Source: Dimorphilus gyrociliatus (lineage: Eukaryota; Animalia; Annelida). From it: a DNA stretch of 64,000 bases. The stretch's first letter is position 1; every line of letters starts with the position of its first letter. The stretch spans positions 3,466,165 through 3,530,164 of the forward strand of contig CAJFCJ010000005.1 of NCBI GenBank assembly GCA_904063045.1. The letters run 5' to 3'. This document shows positions 35,266 through 48,899 of the stretch, piece by piece. Below the pieces are notes generated by a model, which was not told where the DNA came from, ran no database searches, and worked only from the letters and a program-made list of their open reading frames with translations. The translations under genes and the position numbers were made by a program.

Positions 35266-37641
35266 TAAAGGAACAACTTTTATTATTCCATATACACATC
35301 TTTTTATACCTTTTTATTTGTTAAAAGATTTAACCTAAACCACCTGACTCAAAAACAAAAGCGGAATTGTTAATAATATGAACAAGAATTTTCATTCTTT
35401 TCTTTCCTTTTCTTTCTTTTTTCAATGTTATTCACAGTTAATTTGAGAGCAGAAGAAAATTTTAGATAAGAAATATTAACAAACAAAATCATATATAAGT
35501 AAGAACGAACTGGTGATAATGATAGCAAAATATTTTGCCATCGTCTACCTTGCTTGAAGAGTTGTATTCATTTGCAATATATGCAGTAGTCATCTACGAT
35601 AAGGAATACTATTTTTTTGAATGGCCAAGACTTAAAAGCTGTTTTATTATATACACTCGTTAAGAATACTAATATCTAATTCACTTGTATTTTTTAGCAA
35701 ATAGCCATGACAAAATTAATGAACGAAATAATATATGCTTATATATACAATATATACAATATATATATATATATATCAATGTACTGTTTTTCAAAGAGAC
35801 CCTTGCCTGCAGATAAAAAAATAAAATAATTAGAAAATATGAAATACATAGCTTTAATGTTCATTTTAAACTTTTTGAATATTTAATGTACTATACTGTA
35901 TATACTGTATATAAATTTATATAGTATATGCAACTTTCAAAATAACTGCCCAAATACTATGCCTTTGATTTATGTTTTTCCACAATATGTTCAAGCTACC
36001 AATGTTTTATACAATTTATAAAAAAGATTTAGGTTATTTATTAATCTTTTTTCTCTTATTTTTATTCTTTTAACCTATTTTATAGATAAATAGATGTTTT
36101 GTTTTTTTTTCGTGACTACCTCTACTTTTTTGTAACATTAATTCATTCATAAAGCTGTATATACCCTTTTATTGATTCTTCTTCATAATTTATAATATAT
36201 AAAAGAATTAATTAATAGAAATTGTATGATACATAAAAGCAAATTTTCTTCTCATATTGCAAGAGAAAAGCAAGTATCTCGCATTTAGGTCATCTATATT
36301 GAATAGTTTTTAGCGTAACTTTACCTTTTCTAAACAACGTTAATTTATCGATGTCAAAGTTTACAAGATTTTAACTATCTATTACATCATTGTAATATTG
36401 ATGTGTCACCTGCTGTTATAGCTCTTCGAGAAGAAAAGCTTTTAAAGTTTGTTGATCTGTGACTTGAATTTCCTAGACATACACTTTATCATTTACATAA
36501 GAAGAAACGGTATAACTTGCACTAGTTTAGACAAATGTAATCGCTATCATTAGCTTATTTACTATAAGCACTTTCAATGATTATACTTTCAGAACATTTT
36601 TTCTATTCCTTTCAAAGAGAATTTATTCTCTCTTTTCGAATTACATTAACTATACTTTAAATGTACTCCAAAATTACTTATTTGCTTACTTAATGATTGA
36701 TTATCTTAGCTAACAAAGCATAGCAAATAGAAAGATATAATGGTAATCCTATTTTAGACTGACATGTTAGAAAAATAGTCTGCTTTCAATGCAAAAATAT
36801 TTGTGTAATTTCCTCAAAAAGAATGAACTATTTCATACATTTACGGTTTTCTTATTGGCTGAAATGCTTGAAGATGATAAGAAAGTTTTTATACCAAATA
36901 TAAAGGATATTACATAATGTATATATAGTATATAAATGATTGACTAATATGAGTTCCCTTTCGTCCAAAACAATTAGGGTATAATTGAACATTTTAGAAA
37001 AACATTCTCTTTATAGTAACAAAATACTGTAGAAAAATTTTTATATATTTAAAAATAGACTGGTAGAGATATATAGATATAAAAAGAACCAAAAAATAAT
37101 CGATTTCGACTTGGTTAATTTTTTTTCGTCTACATTTTAATATAAAAATGAAAATAACTTTTTTCTTATTGATATTGATTATTATACTGTCCTATATACA
37201 TAAATTATACAAGTTGCCTATACTTTTTGGTGATTTATCTTATGTTAACTTTTAAACATATCAATATAAAGTAATACTTGTGACATTTAGCTATACCCGT
37301 ATTATCATGTGCTGAAAACTGGTATATATACCTGCATAATGTTTTACATCATAAGAAATGGCTGATTTCTAGATGCACTTCCTCTTTTGTAATAAATGAT
37401 TTATTGCTTGATTATTACATAGCTAATTTCCAATTAAAGAAGCTCAAGTAAAATTGGAGTCATCAGAGAATATTGAAATATTCTACTCAGTAAATTATAT
37501 CGACCAATTGTTGATTACATTGCATTCTTTCCAACGGCAGCTGGCTATATCAGTCACTGCACGGTGTTAATAATTGGCGTTTTAGTTTGAAATGATTGCA
37601 TAACTGCATATTAACAATTGGAATTACGTAGTAGAAAAAAT

Positions 37642-40082
37642 ATGTCTTATTCTGACGATCAGGCGCTGGATCAAATTAATAGAGAGGTAAGAGAAATCTG
37701 ATCAAAATACTTTAGAAGAATGTCAATTGTTTTTATTGTCTGTAAATAGTTGAGATAACTTGATAAAATTGAATAGATTAAAATTCAATGCTTTTTTTTA
37801 TAGGCTGAGGAGCGGAAGGCAGCTAGATTAGCTGCTAGGGAAAGGCAGCGTGCTGACAAAATGAGAGAAAGAATCCAGAAATCTGATTTAGATGGACCAA
37901 ATTATGGATACAAAAGTAGTAATTCTCAGTCCGATAACGATTGTAGAGATCAATCTCAACAAGTATGCCCTTTTCTGATTTTCAATTCGAATATAAACAT
38001 ATCAAAATAGTTATATACACGGTGTAAAGTATATATTTATACCACAAAAATAGAACACACCATGACCTAGTGGAACGAGATTTTTTTAGAGTTTTAAAAT
38101 TATTTCCTGTCACTTTCGTCTGCTAAAAGAAATTCTTCACAACGTTTTAATTTACACAAAGAAAGTAATTTCAAATTTAGCTCATGTAATACTTACGTAA
38201 TCAAAGGTGTTAAATGTATTAAAGACATTCAACGAGCTATTGAAATAGTGCTAAGAAATCCATTTGCTTCGTTTTGTTAACCTATATGGATTTTGTAAAT
38301 ACATACTTTTATCTTAGTCATAGCTTTAACTAGTTCATTATTTTTTGTCGTAGGAATGTTGATTCATTAATAAAAAAAAACATTGAGCATCCTCAAATCT
38401 ATGCATGATATATTTTACATTTATTCCTTTATTGTTTCCAGTTAAAAGAATTGGAGGAGAAGGTTAAGAAAAGTGAATTACGTATCGATGAATTGGAAAA
38501 AGAGAGAGTCTATTTAAGATATCAGCTAGACTTTGATAGTGACGAGTTAATTCAATTAAGGGAAAGAAATATACAAATAGATCGGATTTGTAAGAATCTT
38601 GAAACTGAAACAAAGAAAACCAAAAGAGAAAAGAAAGACTTGGAAGAACAAACTACAAGGCTTATGAAAGAAATTGAAAAAAGGGATAAATTAATTGAAG
38701 ATAATAATTTAGTACTTATTCAAAATGGGGAAGAATTAAATTCTAGCCGCGATAACGGTGGTACTTTAATCAGTGCTGAAGCTGCGAATATACTTGCTTT
38801 GGGGAATGGCTCATTAGATGATAAAATAAAGAGTTTAGCTGAAGAAAGAACGTCATTGAAAAATGAGGTATTTATTCGCTAACTATTTAATTTTTCTGCT
38901 ACAAACAGAATTGGATTAGCTAAGCCATTAAATACTTATCCTTTTATAGTTATTGTTGTATTCAAACTATCAAAATGTACAATAATTCTTTAATACAGAA
39001 ATTAAGATATACAGTATATGCATATATATATACACATTATACTTGTAAATTAATACATTTTCTCTTACAGATAAAAGACTTGCAACAACAATTGGAAGAG
39101 GAAAAAGATAAACAAAGAATGAACGAAAAATATAATGTGCCAACTCAATCGAACTATTCAAATGGTCCTGATAGCGATATATTGTTACAACGTAAGTTTT
39201 CAAGAAAAACCTTTTTTTCCATTGCGCTTTGTTAGTTGAACAATAAAAGCACGCTGCACATGTAGAAGAGATGAATAATAGGTTTTTAAAAACGACGACG
39301 AAGGACGGAAAGCATGACGAATAAAAACTATGAATCATATAATAAAAAGATCTATACCATGGTGTGATTTATTAAATTCACTATTGTCATTTCTATAGCT
39401 TCAGTCAAACTAAAATCAATTTAATGTTCTATATCATTTGGTATTAATTCATCTTTTTGTTTATTGTTCTTTTTTAGAAGAGTCTCAAAGACAACTAACT
39501 GAATATCGATTCAAAATAAAGAAAAGCGAACAGGAGATTGCGACTTTACAAGGAAATGTGAGTTTTTATTGCAATATCTTTAAAAGCTTCTATTACGTTT
39601 CCTTATTTATCTTTGCCTTTTTTTATTATTGCGAAAAAAAGAAAATAGAGAATAACTTAGTATTTTACTGGGCTGCACTTGAACTTTTTTCGTTCATATT
39701 CTCTTTATTGAATATAAACGCTAGGCTTATTTTAGTTGATCTTTAGTCTGGCTAATATTTGTATTTAGACGATAAAAAAGTTTTTTTTTCTTAGGATAAA
39801 GTAATATATAGTGTATAAATCAAAAGCGTTTATTAATGTATGCTTTCTCTGTTCTTTTGAATAATACAGCTAAGTCGTATGGAAACACAAGTCAAAAGAT
39901 ATAAAACAGCCGCCGAAGATGCTGAAAAAAATGAAGAAGAATTAAAGCAAGATCGTCGAAAACTCCAAAGAGAATTAAGAGAAATCCAATCAAAATTGGA
40001 AGAAAGTGAAAGAGAAAAGTCTAATATGAGTAGAAGAATAGAACGCTTACGTAATTCAAGAGTAAGCTCTTTACAGTCGTAG
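37642..40082 (+). CDS. LRRFIP2: Leucine-rich repeat flightless-interacting protein 2
   Basis: DDQALDQINRE|AEERKAARLAAR, ESQRQLTEYRFKIKKSEQEIATLQGN and RMETQVKRYKTAAEDAEKNEEELKQDRRKLQRELR match LRRFIP1/2. Confidence 0.88.
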
Positions 40083-40305
40083 AAGAATAGCATTTTTTTA
40101 TACTGTGAGAAAAAAAAAGCGGTTAAAGAAAAAGAAGAAAAACGTAATTGTTTTGAACGCTCATAATACGTAGGGAGTTTTTTTTTCACTCTGCCTGATA
40201 AACAAACAAAAAAAATGATTTTTTTTCTAATGTTTAGATTTATTCGCAAGGTATTCTGCTTGGTCAGTTATGGCATATACATAACATATTTTTGAAAGCT
40301 TATTA

Positions 40306-40309
<4 letters not shown>

Positions 40310-40341
<32 letters not shown>
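40310..40341. repeat. (TA)n microsatellite
   Basis: About 15 uninterrupted TA units. Confidence 0.9.
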
Positions 40342-40344
<3 letters not shown>

Positions 40345-43300
40345 TTATATATCTACCCTTTTCTCTCCATACTATTATCCCATATTCTACAATACCCATT
40401 CTCTATTCTTCGAAGAAGGACAATACACCGATAGCAATACCATTAAGAAAGAATACTTTATTTACCCTTTCAATAAGAAAAAAATTTGTTAACCCGTATT
40501 ATAAAATTTCTACTGTTTTTTTTTTCAGTTATTTTATTACGGTGTAAAAAAAAATACATATTTTTTTCATTTTATTAAACAATTTTTTCATAACAAAAAA
40601 TTTATATTTTTTTAAAATATTAAGTGACAAAACTCTGCCGTTTATCAACCTAGATTTACATACTTTTTGTTGTTATCTAGTTTATATCAGGGTTAGCTAA
40701 TGTTGCAAAAAATACTTCGTACAGAAAAATTATTAATATGTACATCACTAGTTACAAGCATTTATATATAAATATATTTATATATATATAAATTTTGTAG
40801 TAATTTAATTCTAAATACAAAAATGATAAAACTTTGATGACTAATTAGCATATTAGTTAATTAACAAGTGAATTTCATATTGGGATGGAATTACTTTTTT
40901 TTATCTAGAAAGACAAAAAATCTCAAAAGCAGAAAAATGGGAAAATGTAATGGCCCTTGCATGCGGAGCACCTGGAAAATATGCTAGTTCGCTATGATTA
41001 AAAATAGAAATGGGTAGAGTATATGATATTCTTTGTAATCCAAGTAGACATTAGATTCACTTGTATTTCTTAGACGAACCATTAAGTTTATAAGAGTAAT
41101 ATTTTTGTAGATTCTAGCTAATTGAAAAAGTCTGTAGCGAAAAGCATATAAGATTCTTTCCGAAATTAGCTGAGTAGTATTTTTACTCGATCTACAAATC
41201 TAAACAAAAAATTCTCCATTTGTTTATTATCATAATACATTAACTTTCTACATTTATCCCTAAGGGCAGGTATACACTGAGAAGCTCAATAAAGACGGAT
41301 GGAGGCACCTATAGTACCCAATTATAGTATACTGTAATAATACTTCTTGCAGTCTCATTTTGTACGTAAACAACTTTGATAAAGAGAGACTTTATGAAAA
41401 AAAACAAACAAACAAGCATCAACAGCATCGATAGTATCAACAATATGCAACAATGTAAAAAGTTATATTCAATAATTAATTAAATATTCAATAGGTGGCA
41501 CCATAATCCACACAGAATGCCTAGTGTCCATCTCTAAAAACTCTTATACTGTAAAATGTTTAAGGTACACCACTTACGTGCCCTATACAATCTACATTGG
41601 GGCAATGAAAATAATATTCTCAGCTTTTAAAGGTTTTATCAACAGAAAAGCGTATAAAATGAAAGGTTAAAATTTTATATAAAATATTTTTATACAATAA
41701 TTTATTGTTTATATAAGATAAACATTAAAATATAAAAATAGATGTTTAAAACTGAAACAAGAAGTATTCTATTTGATAGAAAATAACAACAACATTATCA
41801 TAAAATGATGATAAAATATATTTTAATAAATTAATTTCTCTTCTTTATTCATTAATATTTGAATATTTATATTTAAAATAAACTTAAACTTTTAAGATTA
41901 ATCAATCAACCTTATCTTCTTCGTCTCTTTTTCTTAATTAAAAATTTTACCTATGGATAAGGTACTTACGATTATTGATATGAAAAGATTTCTATAACAG
42001 ACTAATAGGATTTAGGTAGTTGCTTAATTTGCAATTCAACAGCTAAAGAAATTACAAATGTAGATGGAAAAAGTTATTAATTATACACCTGAATTAGGCC
42101 TACTAATCCGATTATTATATTTGATTAATATGTACTTGAAGGAAATCTCACTCATAGAAAATGTGTTTATTGGAAGAAATGAGAATTTTATTATATTTTT
42201 CATATTTACTAATAAAATTTTATTGATTAACTATTGAAATATAGCAACATATCGTCTATTCATACTTTTTAAACACGAATTAGCGTTAAAACGAAAGTTA
42301 GCATCTTTAGTAGGAAAGAATTTATGGTATTTGTATAAGTATAAACTAATGATTTACCTTAATGGTATTTTTGTTTCTAGGGATTTTTATTGATGTTTTC
42401 CTCTTTACCTTCAGACTGTTTCCAATGGTAACTTTCAATCTCGAATTATTTATTTTAAAAAATAGCAACAGATGGCGTATTATTCCAATCAATTTCCTAA
42501 TATTTTTACAAATTACTGTCAAAGATCTATAAAACTATCTAAATTTAGTCATTAGGACGGAATGATTCCAAACTGGAATCATTTGCATAAATAAATACAA
42601 TGTATATATACAAGGATAGCGTGTATTTATACCGACACTTAAATCTTTGATAAAAATTGAAAAACAACTGATTTATATATTTATTGATAAGTTTTATGAA
42701 GAATGAGAGAAAGAAAGAAAGAAAGAGTAAATAAAGAGAATTTATAATAAAGTATATACAGTATATACTAATATATATATATATTTATATATATATGTGT
42801 GTATATATCCAGTATATGTACAGTATATATTATATACAACATAATACTATCATAATTAACATCGTTTCAATAATAATTAATATTGTTTTAATCTTAAAAC
42901 TTAGTGAAAAATTAATTATGAAATTGATTGGATAATAATTTTCTGGCCTTAAATAGGAACGTCTGTAAATTATACACACATTTGCCGTGCAAACTAAGTG
43001 CAGTAGGCCAGTATTATAGGCCAACATCGATTCTGCAGTTGGAGATAATTTATTCCAGGCCTATAGCAGTTTTTTTTTTGCAGTCTACTCTTAGGCATTA
43101 CAGCGGACGGTTAGTATGTAAAAATAATTTTATCTTTGACTAAACGAGTATTTTGGTATTGTGAAATACACTAATGTTTCCTATTCTTAATAATGTATTC
43201 TTAATCATTATTCCCGAAAGACCCTTAAAAAAGATAAGGCTAAAATACCAAAATGGAGACGCTGCCGTTTGTTTGTATACAAAAGCTTATGAATATATTG

Positions 43301-43677
43301 ATAAAGATAGTTGTTTACAATTAGTTGGAAAGACTGGTAGAAAAGAGGTTTGATTACGAAGAGCAATTAAAGATAGCAATTTCCCATTAGATCGCTGATA
43401 TAGATTATATAATTAGAATTAATAGAGACTAGGGACGTTTGCCTACCAATAGACGCTTTTGGTTTAACTGTAGAAGGAGAATAAAGCGTTAGCAGATATT
43501 GATTTTTCGTTCATATGCAAGCCATAATACTTTTGGTGTACTACGAATTTACGTAAAAAACAAAATATAGCAAATATTATCTGACCAATATTTATACAAT
43601 TGGTTGATTAATTAATAGCTTTATTGCAGAACACGTGTACGGATGATAAAAGGCTGAACGACAACTCAAAAGATATC

Positions 43678-43720
<43 letters not shown>

Positions 43721-43794
43721 AATTTTAATATATATATATATATATATATGTATAAGCATATATGTTCATGTATATATATATATGTATATATACA
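43678..43794. repeat. Compound (TA)n tract interrupted by TACATA/TATGTA
   Basis: Seen directly in the sequence. Confidence 0.85.
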
Positions 43795-46167
43795 TCAACT
43801 ATTCTAACCTGTATTTGAACTGTAATAACCTGCATCAGGTGTTGTAAAAAATGCAGTAGGAGTGAATATATTTGATGGTAAGTGCTGATTATATAATTTA
43901 CCTTTTCTGATATTTAGCAATTATATAAATAGATATTTTATATAAATATTTCTTCTAAGTATTTTGCTTAGTATACTAGTATACTTTCTAAATGAATTAT
44001 TAGGTTTATTTTAATATTAGTAATAATAATGAGGAAGAAAGATAAATAATTCGACACAATACAATACATTAGTATATATAAAAGAATACTTTCGAATATA
44101 TGAGGGGGAGGGGAGGGGGGAGAGAGGTTATACTCATTACGGAACGTTTACCCGCACAACATAATTCTATACTGATAAGGCACGTAATGAACGTATAAAT
44201 GATTAAGTGTTTCTTATTGAATAGTATCGATAAAAAAGTTCTTTTTAAGAGTAGGCAGGTAGGTAGGTATACGCCTTTTTTTTCTATTATTTAGCCTATT
44301 TTTTATGTGTTAAAAATAATAAAAATTGAATAATTATAATATAATATAATATAATCAAAAATTGCATGTTGATAATAGCCTTATTATTATACTTCTTCTT
44401 TATAGATTAGTATCTTATTTTCTTATTAATTTCATTGTTCTGTCATAACAATATGTAGTGTGCAAGATAACATGATTATTTAAAGCGAACCTGACATATA
44501 TTCTAATATATGCAGAATAAGATAAATGTATATATTGAGCGGGCGCGCGTCAGTTATGTTAGTCTAAAGTCAGCCAGCAACAGATCAACTAGCTTTTTCA
44601 AGCCTCAGCTATCCTATTTAATATGCAATCTGAAAAGAAATAAAAGTAAATAAAGAGAGAAATAAAGAAAAGAAAACAGGAAAGAAAGAAGAAAGATACA
44701 GAAACAAATGACAGCGTGACAGATAAAAAGACATTTTTTTCTATAAACTTGCAATAAAAATGTAAGTACTACAATCAGCTATTTTAAGATGCTAATTTAA
44801 AAGTTAATGTTCATGCCCGAGGATGAACTGTTGCACAATTCATTAAAAATGTTGAATTGCTATGTAATTATAGAAAGGAAATTATTTATATCAATATATG
44901 CAACATATTTCCATATATACTGTATATATACAAAATTTCGACCTTTACGTAGTATTTGTATATAGCTATCGCTTGTTTAAATGATATAAGTATTATGTAC
45001 TAACGAAAATTCTTCAAGAGACTTCCTCCTTATCTCTTCTTAGCATAATTTTTTCGTTAAGTTATGCAATTAAACTTTTTTAAACATTCGATAAATATTC
45101 ATAAAGTAAAAGAATAACCATGTTATTTCGTAAGAGTCATATTCAAAATATATTCACTAAATTTAAAATCTATTTGTGTAATTTGGGAAAATCCTTTTCT
45201 TACGAACTCTCCTGTCTGTCTGGATTTAATAAGAACAATTTTAATTGTACTTCATCTTTTTTCTCGGACAAAACATTAGTCATAATACTTGTCTTTTAAA
45301 TTTAAATGGTTCGCGCCATTTCAATAGATATAATTGATATTCATTTTTTTTACTTTTGAATTCTAGTAAGACGTATTTAGTCGGTTTATTGATAGTATGT
45401 ATTTATATATTTTCCGTTATGAATATAAATTAACATCGTATTTTCGGCCTATTTTATCTATATCTCTATGATATGACTGTTTGCTTTTTTGACGTCATAG
45501 TAAATTAACATATTCATGATTCATTTTATAATAGATTACCACATGTTTACATCAATCAGTTATTAATTCATAATTTTTAATTGCTTAAGTAGACTTTTAA
45601 TAGTAATCTTTGCATTGTCAAAAAAAAGTTATGATAACCATCATAATAGGCCTTAGGATAATACTATTATTATCGCACATAGCTAGACAAAAGGAAGCAA
45701 TTCTTAATTTTTAGCTTTAGATTAAGTAGTACTAGTAACAGTACATTTATATTTATAACATAATAAGAATTTCTTATAATACTAAAGTATGTTAGTAAAT
45801 AGAAAATATATAATCAAAAGATTACATTGTCATGTTATTATGTTTTTTTTGAAAAGATACTACTAGAAGCAGGTAAAAATGGTATATATAATATAAGGTA
45901 CTTTCCCACTGCTAACGCTATACTTTATATATAGCATATATTTATATATAAAACGTAGTTTCGTAACATAAAATATTCATTGATAGATTTAGTCGACGGA
46001 AGATGAAAACCATGTACATGTAACCATTTAGCCTTGACATTATTTTTATTTAGTAACAGCTCTTGTCTAATCACTTTATTAGGTTACTGATACTGTTGAG
46101 TCTTACATTACGTCAGTTGATAAATTTACAAATAGACAAGTAGAGCTGTGAGGTAGAAAAAAAATTC

Positions 46168-46470
46168 ATGGATAAAAGTAATGATCTACCATCTTATGAA
46201 CAAGTTATATTTGAGGACTTTTTAAGACTAAACGATAAACCACCGCCGTATAGTAAATTATTTGTGAACCACAGGAGAGAAGGAAATTTTTCATACTGTC
46301 TAAAACTAATGAAAATCATTAGGCAAGGTAAAACTAAAAGAGAGAGAATTTCACTAAGATAGTTTACATTTTCTCGTTTTTTAATACTTGATCTATCTAA
46401 TTATATTTTCAAAGGTACTAAAGAATTTCGAAATGGTTTACGAAAAGGTTCTTTGTTTTCTAGACACTGA
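46168..46470 (+). CDS. Putative ~71-aa PY-motif microprotein (LPSY, PPPY), 2 exons
   Basis: MDKSNDLPSYEQ...DKPPPYSK. Donor CAAG|GTAAAA (46328) and acceptor CAAAG|GTACT (46415) in phase 1. Stop 46468-46470. Confidence 0.45.
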
Positions 46471-46960
46471 TACAAGATTTAAACTTGAAAGTGTTGTTGA
46501 AAAAATGGAGCTGCTCTTAAACTATTTTGCTGTTTCTTCTAAAATATAAATGTTGATTTTATATTTGAAATAATGTATTGTATTATAATAATACATAATA
46601 TATACTCCACATGTGTCTAAATTTGAAGATATACAGTTGTGAGTGCGAGTATTTCAGTACTATTTGTATAAAGAAAATAATGATTAAATATAAACGTAGC
46701 GCTTATATTAACGATTATATCAAAATACTTAATACAGTATGGATCTTGTTCGATTGATCTGTAGACGGATTAAATAGAATTCCATATTTTGACTATAGCT
46801 AATGCCTCTCGCTAGTTTCCTGGGAGGTTGTTTATGTTATTCGTTTATTATTATTATGTGCTGCTTATATCATTTTTACCTTTGATTCTTTCAAAATTTA
46901 AGTAACCTTTTTCTCTTTGATTGATTAGATTGGATATATTTAAAAAAAAAAACTGCAGTT

Positions 46961-47418
46961 ATGAGTCGGAAAGTGCCATCAGCTCCTCCACCGACCTATG
47001 AGGAAGCAATTGGCAATTCATTGTTAATCACCACCAGCGAGAAATTATATAACGATTTACCGTCATACAAGGATGCTTGTCCCGAGCAGAAAAAAGAAAA
47101 TTGTTGTAGGCAGAACATTGAAAACAAAGAGAAAGAAATTCAACGAAGTAAAAGTCTCAAGGATTTAAAGAGAAAGAAGAGAAAAGTAAAGATTATAAAC
47201 GGTTTGTTAGCAATAATAAATTCCATAAGAGTTAATTAATAATCAATATTTATTCTTAAATAAATACAGCCGCATTTTGGACGGGATGGATCTTATGCTT
47301 TCCGTTGTTCATTTGCCTATATTGCGCTCGAGAAAGTCCAACGGAAGACGAAAATCTCAATAGAGAGTGGTGTCTTCCTTGCTACTATACAGGAGGATTA
47401 GAAGAGGAAGAAGCATAG
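46961..47418 (+). CDS. Putative ~129-aa single-pass membrane protein with N-terminal PPxY/LPxY motifs, 2 exons
   Basis: PPPTYEEA and NDLPSYKD, basic KRKKRK. Donor AACG|GTTTGT (47202) and acceptor TACAG|CC (47270) give the hydrophobic Cys-rich IINAAFWTGWILCFPLFICLYC. Stop 47416-47418. Confidence 0.6.
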
Positions 47419-48146
47419 GTGCAAATTTATAACAAAGAAAATTGGTGCCTATAAAACTTGTAGCAAAGAATCTGTGTACATAGAGTAAAAACAAAGACTG
47501 ATTGGTATAGCTTTATACCTTGTAATAGAAAAGTTAAATAACTAAAACAAAATGTATTAATGCTCTATCTTTCTCTTTGCAATTATATAATTTCCGTATA
47601 TTCTTGTCTCTTCAAAGTTGTTTCGTTTATCGAGAAACCGTTACTTTGTTCTATTTAGACAGATAAGAAAAAAAAAACAGGGAAGAGAGGAAAGAGTTCC
47701 GAAGAAACGTTTTATTTTCTTCTTATTAGATTCAAATTGTTTTCGTGTCTTTTGGTTTTATATCTTGCCATTTAATTTTGTGTTTTAGCGTACACTAATA
47801 TTGATAAGATGTGTCTATACCAATGATTTAGTCTATTGTCGAACAAGTCATTCCTATATTTAACAGTTTGACTTGTTTAATTTTTTTTTTCTGCAGTCTT
47901 TTGTTCTTGTGCCATTAGTCTCTGCATTTTTTTTCCTTATCCATGAGATAAAAATTAAAAATTAAAATAAAAAACAACAATATTTACAGTGTTTAACATT
48001 ATTTAAATAGTATTGCGAACTTTTTAATAGAAAAAACTTCGAATTTGTTAAATTATGTTAGAATTCAAGACAGCTGAAATCACAATGTACCAGTAATTCG
48101 TTATCAAAAGGCACCGGCGAAAAAATGTCTTTTCTTAAAACCTCGG

Positions 48147-48389
48147 TTAAGCAGAGCAGGTTTTACTTTCACCAATCGGGCAGGGCCAAAATATACAGTT
48201 TCCAACGCAGGAATAACATATAAGAAAAACTGCAATAATGAAGACCAATGAGCATATTGTACAAGGTTTTCGTTCCAAGAAGAAACTCGCTAAATACAGC
48301 AGCATAAACACAGCATGATTATATACAAAGGCTGGATTTAGTGGCTTCGGTATGAGCAAGACTGGAATCAGCCACTGCAGACAGTACAT
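48147..48389 (-). CDS. BLCAP: Bladder cancer-associated protein (BC10)
   Basis: [20 protein letters not shown]...[15 protein letters not shown] is near-identical to the BLCAP family. Single coding exon. Confidence 0.95.
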   Translation of the reverse strand: MYCLQWLIPVLLIPKPLNPAFVYNHAVFMLLYLASFFLERKPCTICSLVFIIAVFLICYSCVGNCIFWPCPIGESKTCSA

Positions 48390-48899
48390 CGCTTTCTTCT
48401 TTAAACTGATCCGTTTTAATGTTATTGAAAAAGGTGATACACTTAACTATCGTTTTTTAGAAAATATTTTAAAGAATTACTAATTATGGCCTTGACCTGA
48501 TGGGAAAAGCAACGTGTTTTTCGGATTTTTGTTCAAATACTTTTGCACAATAAATGTTATTTTCTTAGAAATTCCAAGTAATATCTAGGATTTTTAAAGA
48601 AACTGGCGCGTTCCAATAACTTTCGGACTTTTCTTTTTTTTTTAATATAATACGAAAATACATTTACACCAACTTCCGCTTAGCTTAGCGGCAGCATTTG
48701 TATAATATGAGATTTCATATAATCCGGTAATTAATCATTTATATACAGAAAAGCTCATTTCATAATCTGATTACTATTATTTTAATGAGGAATTGTTGAT
48801 ACTCGAACTGTTGACCCAGAGATTAATGCATAAAATTGTATCTAGACTACAAATGTATTTTCGAACTAGAGAAAGTTTTTGCTTCTGCCAGCCTGCATT

